Source: Cenarchaeum sp.
Lineage (GTDB): Archaea; Thermoproteota; Nitrososphaeria; Nitrososphaerales; Nitrosopumilaceae
Length of the DNA: 64,000 bases
Assembly (NCBI GenBank): GCA_965206845.1
Contig: OZ242221.1
Span: 576,001-640,000, forward strand
Direction of reading: 5' to 3'
Part shown: piece by piece, positions 9,533 to 19,153 of the stretch
Layout of the letters: every line of letters starts with the position of its first letter
Numbering within the stretch: position 1 is the first letter of the stretch
Position numbers and translations under genes: made by a program
Notes under the pieces: model-generated
Seen by the model: the letters and a program-made list of their open reading frames with translations, nothing else
What the model was told of the DNA's origin: nothing
Databases searched by the model: none

Positions 9533-10546
9533 ATGGGAGATATGCGAAAGGACTACCTTGATGAGCGCTTTACGATCGTCTCAAAAAAGGACGTAACCGC
9601 CAGCGGAAAAAGGAACCCGTACAGGCCGGGCAACGAGAAGATGACCAAACCTTCCGTGCTCTCGCTGGTAGCCCAGAACGGAATCCTGCAGAGACTCCAG
9701 GATACTGACGAGGAGTCGGTCAAGGGGTGGGCAATTCGCGTATTTGAGGAGGATGACCCCGTGGTATCCACCAGCACGGAGGACACGTACAGTGAGAGGC
9801 CACACTACAGCGAGCCCGCTTATGGCTACCACTATATCGTGGTGGCATCACCAGAGCAAGACGAGAGCCTTGCGTTCATGGACTCGGATCAGTGGTCAAA
9901 CATACTCATGGTGGTTCAGGACAGGCTACGGTGGCTCTACACCCAGAAGCGCGTCACATACGTGGCAGTACATGCAAGCTATGGCGACACTGCGGGAAGC
10001 AGCAACAGGATTCCCCACATGCACCTGATCACGCTGCCCACAATTCCGCCGGTAATCGCAGCGGAGGCAAAGATGACATCCAAGATATTAAACGAGAAGG
10101 GGGCGTGCCCGATCTGCCAGATTATAGATATCGAGAGGAACGGACCACGGATGATCCTCAAGACAGGAGGGTTTGTTGCGTTCTGTCCGTGGTCGCCAAG
10201 ATACCCCTACGAGTTCTGGATTGTGCCGGAGAAGCACACCACCAGCTTTGCAAAGATCACGCAGAAGGACCTGAACGGCCTGGCAACCATCCTCAGGGCA
10301 ACGCTGGGCGGACTGTCCAGATCAATTGATAACGTCGCGTACAGCATGGCGTTTCACCTCTCGCCGGAGACCAAAAATACCAAGCAGATACACTGGCATG
10401 TGGAGGTCTACCCGCTCACCGAGGCGTGGTCCGGACTTGAGCGCGGCTACGGCATATTTGTAAACAGCAAGTCTCCAGAGGATGCTGCCAGGGAGCTGGG
10501 AATCTCGTGCAGAAAGGAGCTTGCCGGCATGATGGGCGTCACATAG
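9533..10546 (+). CDS. GalT-like (galactose-1-phosphate uridylyltransferase/HIT superfamily) protein
   Basis: YGYHYIVV, PHxH motif, CPIC, FCPWSPRYPYEFWIVP, HWHVEVYP, GLERGYG. Confidence 0.8.
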   Translation: MGDMRKDYLDERFTIVSKKDVTASGKRNPYRPGNEKMTKPSVLSLVAQNGILQRLQDTDEESVKGWAIRVFEEDDPVVSTSTEDTYSERPHYSEPAYGYHYIVVASPEQDESLAFMDSDQWSNILMVVQDRLRWLYTQKRVTYVAVHASYGDTAGSSNRIPHMHLITLPTIPPVIAAEAKMTSKILNEKGACPICQIIDIERNGPRMILKTGGFVAFCPWSPRYPYEFWIVPEKHTTSFAKITQKDLNGLATILRATLGGLSRSIDNVAYSMAFHLSPETKNTKQIHWHVEVYPLTEAWSGLERGYGIFVNSKSPEDAARELGISCRKELAGMMGVT

Positions 10547-10796
10547 GTGTGTGCCGGGTCGGGCGTGCGTGAAGGCTCCAGGCTTGGATGGCGCTCGGAG
10601 TCACATCTAGGCGCCGTCCTGCGGTGGCTCCCCGTGAGGCCTGTAGGACCGCGCAGAGTCTGGCCTCCGGGCCGGATCCGAATGTCGGCACGGCGTTCCG
10701 GTTAGGGGCAGGACGGCTGTGGAGGAGCCCTGTGGCCATGGCAGACAGAACCCCGATGTGCATGATTTATTTATCAATGCGGGTAGATCGAACTGT

Positions 10797-11219
10797 ATGG
10801 CTGTGGAGAAGTACATTGCCGCGGCGGGTCTGGGTCTGTTTGCAATGTTTGTAGGGGAGATCACGACCCTGTACAGCTTTTTAATCGACTCCGTACGGGA
10901 GGTGGAGCCGGCCCCCAAGATACTTCAGTTCATCTCCATCGGGGTTGCGCCTGCGGTCATAATGACCGGTGTCTCGTTTATAATGTCCAGAAGGTACGGC
11001 TCAAGGCCCATAGCATACATGATCATCGCCGGGGGCGCAATCCTGCTTGTGGGCATGGCATACGCATACACCCTACTTGACAGAATTGATCCCCAGTACA
11101 TGGACGAGACGGTGGCCCTGGTTCCGCCGCTTTTCATGGCAGTGTCGATTCCCGTCATTGCCGTCGGGACGATGCTGTTGCGGTTCAGGGAGCGGCGGCC
11201 AAAAAAAGAGTACGTTTAG
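10797..11219 (+). CDS. Four-TM membrane protein
   Basis: Four hydrophobic segments; TTTATTTAT upstream of ATG. Confidence 0.75.
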   Translation: MAVEKYIAAAGLGLFAMFVGEITTLYSFLIDSVREVEPAPKILQFISIGVAPAVIMTGVSFIMSRRYGSRPIAYMIIAGGAILLVGMAYAYTLLDRIDPQYMDETVALVPPLFMAVSIPVIAVGTMLLRFRERRPKKEYV

Positions 11220-11659
11220 TGGTCGAATCTCATGCCACTGTCGTGGTGCCGAAATCCCAAATTCTGGTAGAATTCCTTTACCGCATCGGTGCACTGCAGG
11301 ACGGTCTTGTAGCACCCGGCCCGGACTGCGTGGTCCAGGCATACGCGAATGAGGCTCGCACCGATGCCTGAACCCCGCATATCATCCAACACGGCCACAT
11401 CCTCTATGTGGCCCGCCCGTCCGCCATTGTGTATGAACTTCTGTTCTATGAGTAGGGTGGCAGCCCCGACCACCTTGCCGTCAAGCTCTGCCACCAGCAC
11501 CACGTGATCTGGGTTTGAGCATATCCGGTGAAACACGTCCCGGGCCTCTGACTCGGCCATGCTGCTGGCTTCCCTCAGCGAGTCCAACGACAGCAGAAAG
11601 CCGTTGAAGATGTCTTCTTCCTGCAGCCTTCTGATCCTGAGCCCGGGAACGCCGCCCAT
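11216..11659 (-). CDS. GNAT acetyltransferase (glucosamine-6-P N-acetyltransferase-like)
   Basis: IEQKFIHNGGRAGHIEDVAV, RGSGIG, GCYKTVLQC. Confidence 0.88.
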   Translation of the reverse strand: MGGVPGLRIRRLQEEDIFNGFLLSLDSLREASSMAESEARDVFHRICSNPDHVVLVAELDGKVVGAATLLIEQKFIHNGGRAGHIEDVAVLDDMRGSGIGASLIRVCLDHAVRAGCYKTVLQCTDAVKEFYQNLGFRHHDSGMRFDH

Positions 11660-12372
11660 CAGATCTTTCCCAGCCTGTCAAGAAACTTCTGGTTTGCTTT
11701 CTGGTACGACGTCTTGTCGCCTATGTCAATAAAGCCATCCTTGATGAGAAAACTGCCGACTGGTTTGCCGTCGGATATGGCATTCTTTACAACGCTGTCC
11801 ATTCCGTATGGCACGTTCTCCGGGATGTACCGGAACACCTCTGGTTCCATGACGTAGCAGCCCATGTTGATGTCTGCGCTGATCTCCGGCTTTTCGTTCC
11901 AGCTGGTAACCCTTCCCCCATCTGCCGTATCTATGACCCCGTAGCGTATCCGGGATTTGTACAGGTACGTGCCGATGGTAATCAGCGACCGGCTCTTCTC
12001 GTGGAGCCCGATCATGTCCCGCAGGCCAAAGTCAAAGATCGAGTCGCCATACATGCAGACAAAGGTGCCATCGATGAGATCCTGGGCCGTCTTGAGCTGG
12101 CCAGCCGTGGCCAGCGGGCGGTTGGCTGTAGCATACTGCACCCGGACACCAAAGCGGCTCCCGTCCTCAAAGTAGTCCTCGATGGTCCTTTTGAGGTAGC
12201 TTACGCAGAGGACTATGTCGCTGATGCCGTTGCTGCTGACCCACTCGATCAGGTGTTCCAGCAGCGGCTTCTCCCCCAGCGGAAGCATGGGCTTTGGCAG
12301 GAACGTCGTGTACGGCTGGAGCCGCGTCCCAAGCCCACCGGCCAGAATTACCGCCTTCATAAGCCCTGTCAC
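11659..12372 (-). CDS. Sugar-phosphate nucleotidyltransferase
   Basis: KAVILAGGLGTRLQPYT..PKPM, GDS, EKP. Confidence 0.92.
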   Translation of the reverse strand: MTGLMKAVILAGGLGTRLQPYTTFLPKPMLPLGEKPLLEHLIEWVSSNGISDIVLCVSYLKRTIEDYFEDGSRFGVRVQYATANRPLATAGQLKTAQDLIDGTFVCMYGDSIFDFGLRDMIGLHEKSRSLITIGTYLYKSRIRYGVIDTADGGRVTSWNEKPEISADINMGCYVMEPEVFRYIPENVPYGMDSVVKNAISDGKPVGSFLIKDGFIDIGDKTSYQKANQKFLDRLGKI

Positions 12373-12687
12373 GTTTTAGTCAGTATTTAATATTCAGGCG
12401 CAGGGCCGCATCGAGAACAGGACAGGTAGCTGAAGGGCATTCTGGCGCCATGCCGCCCGCGGCTCACGTCGCTACCACCTGGCGCGTACGGCGATACCCC
12501 GCATGCGGGCATAGGGATCCTGGAAGATCTTCCCTGCATGCACGGTTCACTCTGTCCCAGTACCGCCAGGCGTGTTTGTCCAAAGGTGAAGGGGTGGCAG
12601 GAAAGGAATGGGAATCATGCAGTGAACGGTGCCAAAAACGGCAAACTGGGTTGTCTGCTGCATATCACGATAGCTTGCACAGGCCGG

Positions 12688-13980
12688 TTATAGAAGAAGC
12701 CCCACCTTCCGGACTATGTCGCCGGGTCCTTCCCCAAATACCATGATCATGGGCTCCTTTCCAGGGCCGCCCTCGTGGAATATGGCGTCGGGAGCCGACG
12801 CGGCACCGTCAAGGGCAGTCCGGATCCCCCAGGATACCGAGCCGCCTTCCTTGCGCCTGACATCGTCCGGCTCCCCCCGCCTGTCGTATGACAGCACGGT
12901 CATGCCGTTCTCCTGCATCCTTTTTAGCACGTCCTGCCCGAGCCGGATGTTGAGGGCCGAGCGCACATGGGGAAACTTTTTGTTCATCTGCAGTATGGCA
13001 GACGCCACATGTCTCGAGCCGCCAAAGACGAGCGGACCCGCGACTATCGCGCCCCTGCCGGATCTCACAATGCGTCCCTGCACCGCAAGCACGTCCTGCC
13101 TGGATCTCGGCCGGGTTCGGGAGTAGCCAAAGTTCATCTGCACCTCCGGAATCAGTCTGTGGATGTTTTCCATCCCGACCAAGCGCCGCACCGCGTCTTG
13201 CATCTCTGACTCCATTCCGGACGTGGACGCCCCTGCAACGGCAATGCCGCCTCCGATTCTACGGGACTGCCTTATCGAGTCTGCAGCGTACCGCTTTGCA
13301 AGCCTTGCCGCCTCGTCGATCCCCAAGCCTGTTGATATGGATGCGGCCAGGGCGGCCGAGTAGACGCACCCGCTCCCGTGCACTTGCCTGCCTATCCGCC
13401 TTGCGGATATGGAGTAGACCCCCGACTCGGTGCAGACGCAGTCACTGACGCTGCCTCCCGACTCCAGCCCGGTAATGATCACGTTTCTTGCACCCATGTC
13501 ACGCAGCCTTTGTGCAGCCTTCGGCGCGTCGCCTGCGGCTCTGACGCGCACGCCTGTCAGCGCCTCGGCCTCTGCCGCATTTGGCGTTACCGCAAACGCC
13601 AGGGGGAGCAGGCTCAGGTAGTCCGGCACCGCCTCCTTCTGCAGCAGGGTGCCGCCGGTGGTGGACTCGATCACGGGATCCAGAACCATGGGCGCCGTGA
13701 CGCCTGCCAGTCCCGAGCGCACGGCCCCGATGACTTTGGAGCTGTATACCATGCCGATCTTTATCGCGTCGACTCTGAAATCCCCCAGCACGGAGTCCAT
13801 CTGGCTCCTGACGAGCCCCGGCGAGACCGGCTCTGCGCCTGCAAACCCCGAAGAGTTCTGGCTGGTAACCGCCGTAACCACAGAGAACCCGTTGTGCCCC
13901 AGCGCCGCAAACGTGCGCAGGTCTCCCTGAATGCCTGCGCCAGACGAGGGATCGGAGCCCGCTATGCTCAACACATTCAT
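12688..13980 (-). CDS. thiDN: Bifunctional HMP(-P) kinase / thiamine-phosphate synthase ThiDN
   Basis: MNVLSIAGSDPSSGAGIQGD, IKIGM, TPNAAEA, HGSGC; C-terminal ThiN (IPEVQMN, FGGSRH, GKEPM). Confidence 0.92.
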   Translation of the reverse strand: MNVLSIAGSDPSSGAGIQGDLRTFAALGHNGFSVVTAVTSQNSSGFAGAEPVSPGLVRSQMDSVLGDFRVDAIKIGMVYSSKVIGAVRSGLAGVTAPMVLDPVIESTTGGTLLQKEAVPDYLSLLPLAFAVTPNAAEAEALTGVRVRAAGDAPKAAQRLRDMGARNVIITGLESGGSVSDCVCTESGVYSISARRIGRQVHGSGCVYSAALAASISTGLGIDEAARLAKRYAADSIRQSRRIGGGIAVAGASTSGMESEMQDAVRRLVGMENIHRLIPEVQMNFGYSRTRPRSRQDVLAVQGRIVRSGRGAIVAGPLVFGGSRHVASAILQMNKKFPHVRSALNIRLGQDVLKRMQENGMTVLSYDRRGEPDDVRRKEGGSVSWGIRTALDGAASAPDAIFHEGGPGKEPMIMVFGEGPGDIVRKVGLLL

Positions 13981-14086
13981 GCCATACACCAGGACCCTGA
14001 CACTCTTGAATCTTGTGCAGTGCATGCTGCACCTGCCTGCGGCTCTCAAAAAGTCAGGAGTACGCGCTGCAGAAGGGAGCTCACTG

Positions 14087-14092
14087 TTTAAA
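14087..14092 (+). promoter_or_regulatory. Putative TATA box of thiC
   Basis: TTTAAA ~27 bp upstream of thiC ATG. Confidence 0.5.
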
Positions 14093-14118
14093 TCATCGGG
14101 AGTCGTAAACACATCATA

Positions 14119-15444
14119 ATGGGTACCCAGATGAGCTCTGCTCGGCGCGGCGTCGCCACCGATGAGATGAAACAGGTGGCCCGTGACGAGGATGTCACGA
14201 TGGAGTGGCTCCTGCAGAAGATCGCCAGCGGCTCGATCATAATTCCCAGCAACAACGTCCGGAAGCAGAAGATCCACAACGTGGGCATAGGCCGCGGACT
14301 CAAGACCAAGGTCAACGTAAACATCGGCACGTCCACGCTCAACGTAGATCCGGAGGCAGAGGTAAAAAAGGCCAGAACCGCCGTCAAGTACCACGCCGAC
14401 ACCATAATGGATCTCAGCGACGGCGGGGATGTAGGAGCCATCAGGAGAACCTTGCTGGAGGCTGCCCCCATCACGTTTGGCACTGTCCCCATCTACGAGG
14501 CGTACAACTATGGCGTCTCAGTCCACAAGAACCCCATGAACCTCACCGAGGACGACTTCCTGAAGGCCTTTGAGAACAACGCAAAGGACGGCGTTGACTA
14601 TACCACGATTCACGCCGGGATCACAAAAGAGATCGCAAAGAGGATTCTCCAGGTGCAGCGGCACGGCGGCATCGTGAGCAAGGGCGGAACCATCACTGCC
14701 GCCTGGATGCTCAAGTACGACAAGGAGAACCCGTACTTTGAGCACTATGACTACTTGATCGAGCTTGCCAGAAGGTATGACGTGACGTTCAGCCTGGGGG
14801 ACGCCCTCAGGCCCGGCTCCATTCTGGACTCTCACGACGAGCTGCAGGTGCAGGAGATGATCAATGTGGCCAGGCTGACCCGGCGCGCCCACCAGCAGGA
14901 TGTGCAGGTGATGGTGGAGGGCCCGGGGCATGTCCCGCTAAACGAGGTGGCCGCCAACGTGCGGCTGGCCAAGTCCCTCATCGGGGACGTGCCGTATTAC
15001 GTCTTGGGCCCGCTGGTCACAGATGTCGCCTCGGGCCACGACCACATTGCCAGCGCCATCGGAGCGGCGGTGTCTGCCAGCGAGGGTGTTGACCTGCTCT
15101 GCTATCTTACCCCCTCAGAACACTTGGCGCTGCCCGATGCCGACGAGGTCAAGGCAGGCCTCATAGCCTACAGGATCGCGGCCCATGCGGCGGACCTGGT
15201 CAAGATCAGGGACAAGGCGATAAAGTGGGACATGGCGATGACAGAGGCCCGGCGCACCCTGGACTGGGAGAGGCAGATCGCCCTGTCCATTGACCCCGAG
15301 GAGGCTGCCAGAATTCACAGCAGGACGGGCCAGCATCCGGGAAACAATGTTCCCTGTACAATGTGCGGGGGAGCCTGCGTCTACATCATGCTGCCCCAGC
15401 AGAGAAGATACGAGAAGGACAAGGAGCTACAGCAGGCAGGATAG
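14119..15444 (+). CDS. thiC: Phosphomethylpyrimidine synthase
   Basis: TKVNVNIGTS, ADTIMDLS, GTVPIY, SLGDALRPG, EGPGHVP, CTMCG..C. Confidence 0.98.
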   Translation: MGTQMSSARRGVATDEMKQVARDEDVTMEWLLQKIASGSIIIPSNNVRKQKIHNVGIGRGLKTKVNVNIGTSTLNVDPEAEVKKARTAVKYHADTIMDLSDGGDVGAIRRTLLEAAPITFGTVPIYEAYNYGVSVHKNPMNLTEDDFLKAFENNAKDGVDYTTIHAGITKEIAKRILQVQRHGGIVSKGGTITAAWMLKYDKENPYFEHYDYLIELARRYDVTFSLGDALRPGSILDSHDELQVQEMINVARLTRRAHQQDVQVMVEGPGHVPLNEVAANVRLAKSLIGDVPYYVLGPLVTDVASGHDHIASAIGAAVSASEGVDLLCYLTPSEHLALPDADEVKAGLIAYRIAAHAADLVKIRDKAIKWDMAMTEARRTLDWERQIALSIDPEEAARIHSRTGQHPGNNVPCTMCGGACVYIMLPQQRRYEKDKELQQAG

Positions 15445-15816
15445 AACGGCCTCAAGGCCCGGCACGGTGTCGTATCCGGATACGTCCTCCCTGCGCACCC
15501 ACCGAAACTCCGAGTTTTCGCGGTTCAGTATCACACGGGAGCTGTGCGCCTCAAACAGAAACGGGTACACCATCCACCGGAGCCCCTGCGACGCTACCGT
15601 AACCGGCGGGCCTGCCCTTATCAGGGTGACCCCGTCTGACAGGACTTCCAGCTCCTCAGATATCTCGGTGACGGCTCGCGCCAGTGGCTGCTCGTCGCCC
15701 TCGATGCTCCCGCTGACGCCGGCCCACAGGCCGGGCATGCTCCTCACGGCATCGCTGCGCCTTAGAAGCAGGATCTTCCTGTTGCGTACAAGGATGGCCG
15801 TTACCACGTCTGGCAT
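15427..15816 (-). CDS. NUDIX hydrolase
   Basis: WAGVSGSIEGDE...AVTEISEEL Nudix box. Confidence 0.85.
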   Translation of the reverse strand: MPDVVTAILVRNRKILLLRRSDAVRSMPGLWAGVSGSIEGDEQPLARAVTEISEELEVLSDGVTLIRAGPPVTVASQGLRWMVYPFLFEAHSSRVILNRENSEFRWVRREDVSGYDTVPGLEAVLSCLL

Positions 15817-15819
15817 GCG

Positions 15820-16671
15820 CTACTCTATCGAGGATATCATCTTTATGTGCTTCTTGTACGAATCGTCTATGTCTGCGCTGACAGCCAGCCTCTCCTGGCA
15901 CGCCACGATATACTTTGAGATCTCCTCGGTCTTGTTCTCCTGCACCGCCGTCAGTAGCCTGCCCACGTCCTTCCAGAGCTCGTCGGCAAACCTGCGTATC
16001 TCCGGATTTGACACTATGGTCTCGATGAGATCCGGCGACTGCGTCATAATACTCTCTGCCAGGATCTTCTGGGCCCGGAACGTGCCCCCGGACATCTTCT
16101 CTGTCAGTGTTGTCTTGTCGTCCTTTGACACTATGCTGCAGAAGATCACGTTCACAAGATGTGTCAGACCCAGCACCATTGCCATCTTTTTGTCGTGCTC
16201 GTTGGCGTTGATGGTTACAAAGCTGGCCCCTGCAAAGAGCATCTTTGCTACCTCCAGCTCCTTCTTTCCGTCCTTGACTGGAATCGATATTATATTCTGG
16301 TTCTTGATGGATCTGATGCCGGGGCCAAACATGGGATGAATACAGATGGGGCTGATCTTGGCAGGAATCTTGGAGAGCGCAGATATTGTCTTTGATTTTT
16401 GGGAGGATATCTCGATAAGGTATGCCCCCCGCTTCATCTCCTTTGCTATCAGCCGTATGATCTCAGGAGTCCTCCGCGTGGGAGTGCACAACAGCACATA
16501 GTCTGCCTTGAGGATGGCACCCACTAAGGACTGGGCTTGGGTTACCGCTTTTTCGGGAATGTCGCTCTCCGAGTCGTACCCGATCACCTCAAACTTTCGT
16601 CCCAGAAAGTACTTTGCGAACCACCGTCCCATCCGCCCCCCGGCGCCTATAATTGCAATCTTCTCAGCCAT
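15820..16671 (-). CDS. tyrA: Prephenate/arogenate dehydrogenase
   Basis: IIGAGGRMG, EISSQK, IHPMFGP, EHDKKMA. Confidence 0.92.
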   Translation of the reverse strand: MAEKIAIIGAGGRMGRWFAKYFLGRKFEVIGYDSESDIPEKAVTQAQSLVGAILKADYVLLCTPTRRTPEIIRLIAKEMKRGAYLIEISSQKSKTISALSKIPAKISPICIHPMFGPGIRSIKNQNIISIPVKDGKKELEVAKMLFAGASFVTINANEHDKKMAMVLGLTHLVNVIFCSIVSKDDKTTLTEKMSGGTFRAQKILAESIMTQSPDLIETIVSNPEIRRFADELWKDVGRLLTAVQENKTEEISKYIVACQERLAVSADIDDSYKKHIKMISSIE

Positions 16672-18025
16672 GTCTATTTCCCAAGTTACCGTATATGATA
16701 TTCATGCCTTTAATTAGTGTCTCTTCGTTCTGGCATGCGGATATCCGGATGTAGTCCCTGTAGTCCCCAAAGGCCTCGCCGGGCGCCACCGCAACTCCGC
16801 GCTCGAGCAGATCCCGGGCCAGCCGGGTACCGTCGCGCCCGATCCTGACAAACAGGTACATTGCGCCGTCGGGCCTGACAAACTCAAGGCCCATCTTCTT
16901 GGCCATGTCTGATATGACATCCAGACGGGACATGATCGTCTGGGATCTTGCATCCGTGTCGGCTCCCAGCGCCTGCATCGCTGCATACTGCACAGGCTCG
17001 GCCACGCAGGCCATGAGCATCGCCTGCCGGGCCACCATCGAGCCTATGACATCTGGACGTGCCATCGCATAGCCCACCCGGAAGCCCGTCATGGCGTGAG
17101 ACTTGGAGAACGACTGCACCACTATGCTCTTGTCATAGCCGCTTCCCAGAACACTCTTCCAGCCAGGTTTGGCATACTGCCAATAGATCTCATCGCTGAG
17201 TATGTAGAGTCCTCGGTCGCTGGCCGCACCCACTATCTCGTCCTGCGCATGCGCGGACAGAACCTTTCCCGTGGGGTTGTTGGGATAGTTGAGAACCAGC
17301 ATCCGGGTGCCGGGGCCTGCTGCCTCCTTGACCTGCTCCGCCGAGGGTTCCCAGCCGCCTGCCATATCGGTGTGTATAGTCGTCACCTTCACGCCCGAGC
17401 TCTGCGCGCACTGGGCGTATGCAGGCCAGGCCGGATCGATCACTATGATCTCATCCCCGGGATCCAGCAGCGATATCGCAAGGTACACCGCAAACCTTCC
17501 CCCCGGGGTCACCATGACACCGCTTGGTGATACGTCTGCGCCAAAGTTTTTTGATGCGTACCGCGCCAGCGCGTCCCGGAACTGTGGCATCCCGCCAGCC
17601 GGCCCGTATCTCGTAAACCCGCGATCAAAGGCGTCGGTCATGGATCCCCTCACCACATCCGGGGGAGCAAAGTCCGGTTCGCCCACCTCCATGTGGACGA
17701 TATGCCTTCCCTGCGCCTCCAGTGACTTTGCCCTCATGAATATGTCCATGTGTGTAGATATCCCAGTTGACTGCACGCTTACGGACTCGTTGAGCAGAAA
17801 GTTGAGAAACCTTGCGCCCAGAGACTCGCTCATTCCCAGCTCGCGGCACAGGGACCGGACATCTTCTCGCAGCTCGTCCTCCCGCCGCCTGTCTGTAACG
17901 CCCTTGCCCATGTCCTGCTTGAGCCGGCCTATCTGCAGGGCAAGATCGGTTCTGGACTTGAGGAGCCTGATCATCTCCAGCGTGATCTCGTCCACCCTGC
18001 CCCGCAGCTGATCTATCTCCGACAT
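16664..18025 (-). CDS. Chorismate mutase - class I/II aminotransferase fusion
   Basis: N-terminal AroQ (LRGRVDEI...RTDLALQIGRLK...DRRRE); PLP domain (GEPDF, NYPNNPTG, SDEIY, SFSKSHAMTGFRVG). Confidence 0.88.
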   Translation of the reverse strand: MSEIDQLRGRVDEITLEMIRLLKSRTDLALQIGRLKQDMGKGVTDRRREDELREDVRSLCRELGMSESLGARFLNFLLNESVSVQSTGISTHMDIFMRAKSLEAQGRHIVHMEVGEPDFAPPDVVRGSMTDAFDRGFTRYGPAGGMPQFRDALARYASKNFGADVSPSGVMVTPGGRFAVYLAISLLDPGDEIIVIDPAWPAYAQCAQSSGVKVTTIHTDMAGGWEPSAEQVKEAAGPGTRMLVLNYPNNPTGKVLSAHAQDEIVGAASDRGLYILSDEIYWQYAKPGWKSVLGSGYDKSIVVQSFSKSHAMTGFRVGYAMARPDVIGSMVARQAMLMACVAEPVQYAAMQALGADTDARSQTIMSRLDVISDMAKKMGLEFVRPDGAMYLFVRIGRDGTRLARDLLERGVAVAPGEAFGDYRDYIRISACQNEETLIKGMNIIYGNLGNRHG

Positions 18026-18026
18026 G

Positions 18027-19130
18027 CTACAAAACCGGTCCGATGAATCCCCCGAGAAGGGCGTGGTCTGCCAGAACCAGCGCGACTACCGAGTCCACAA
18101 CGGGCGGGGCCCGCGGAACCACGCACGGGTCGTGCCGTCCCTTGACGCTGAGCACCGCATCCTTGCCTGACTTGATGTCCACGGTGGGCTGCTCCCTGGG
18201 AATGGAGGAGGCCGGCTTGAAGGCTACCCTCAGGGTCAGCGGCATCCCTATGGAGATGCCGCCCAAGATGCCCCCGGCGTTGTTGGTTCTGGTCTGCACG
18301 GCGCCGTCCCTTAAGACAAAGGTGTCGTTATTCTGGGAACCCGTGGACTCGGATCCCGCAAAGCCGGATCCAAACTCAACGCCCTTGACTGACGGGATGG
18401 AGAAGACTCCGCTGCTGATGTCTGACTCCAGTGAGCCAAAGACCGGCTCTCCCAGGCCCACGGGCAGTCCGGTGGTGACCGACTCGATCATTCCCCCCAG
18501 CGAGTCCATGTCTCTTCTGGCACCAAGTATTGCTGCGCGCATGAGCGCTGCGGCCTCGGGGTCAGGGCACCGGACATCGTTTCCGTATATGTCCGGTATC
18601 ATCTTCTCTGTGAACCGCTTGCCCATTGCCACCTTGCCTATCTGGGACACGTACGAGTGCGTCTGCACATCTAGCGCCGCGCCCAGAAGCTTCCTTGCGA
18701 TGGCGCCTCCCATGACAAGCGTGGCAGTAAGCCTGCCTGAGAATCTCCCGCCGCCGCGGTAGTCGTTGTGCCCTTTGTACTTGATCATGGCAGGATAGTC
18801 CGAGTGGCCCGGACGCAGCTTTGTCTTCAGCTCCTCGTAGTCGGTAGATCTCTGATCCCGGTTCCAGATTATCATGGCGATGGGTGCGCCAGTGGTGCTT
18901 CCGCGAAACACTCCTGAGAGGATCTCCACCTTGTCACCCTCGGCCCTCTGGGTGCTGATGGCAGACTGTCCTGGCCTCCGCTGGTCGAGCATGCCCTGTA
19001 TGTCCCCTTCCTCCAGCTCCAACCCGGCTGGGCACCCGTCCAGCACGGCGCCCACACACTTGCCGTGGCTCTCGCCAAAGGTTGTAAGAACCAGCCGTCT
19101 TCCCATCGAGCTACCGGGCACAGATCTCAT
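18027..19130 (-). CDS. aroC: Chorismate synthase
   Basis: FGESHG, RPGHSD, RGGGRFSGR, GRHDPC. Confidence 0.97.
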   Translation of the reverse strand: MRSVPGSSMGRRLVLTTFGESHGKCVGAVLDGCPAGLELEEGDIQGMLDQRRPGQSAISTQRAEGDKVEILSGVFRGSTTGAPIAMIIWNRDQRSTDYEELKTKLRPGHSDYPAMIKYKGHNDYRGGGRFSGRLTATLVMGGAIARKLLGAALDVQTHSYVSQIGKVAMGKRFTEKMIPDIYGNDVRCPDPEAAALMRAAILGARRDMDSLGGMIESVTTGLPVGLGEPVFGSLESDISSGVFSIPSVKGVEFGSGFAGSESTGSQNNDTFVLRDGAVQTRTNNAGGILGGISIGMPLTLRVAFKPASSIPREQPTVDIKSGKDAVLSVKGRHDPCVVPRAPPVVDSVVALVLADHALLGGFIGPVL

Positions 19131-19153
19131 ATGGTTGGCTGATAAATATAACC

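Noticed and set aside
13981-14118. TPP riboswitch between thiDN and thiC
   Set aside because: No CTGAGA or other TPP core motif; TATA-like box lies ~27 bp before the ATG, leaving no leader
13981-14394. 568-aa ORF suggesting an N-terminal extension of ThiDN
   Set aside because: The extension is the antisense of thiC plus the shared promoter; ThiD homology starts at MNVLSIAG (13980)
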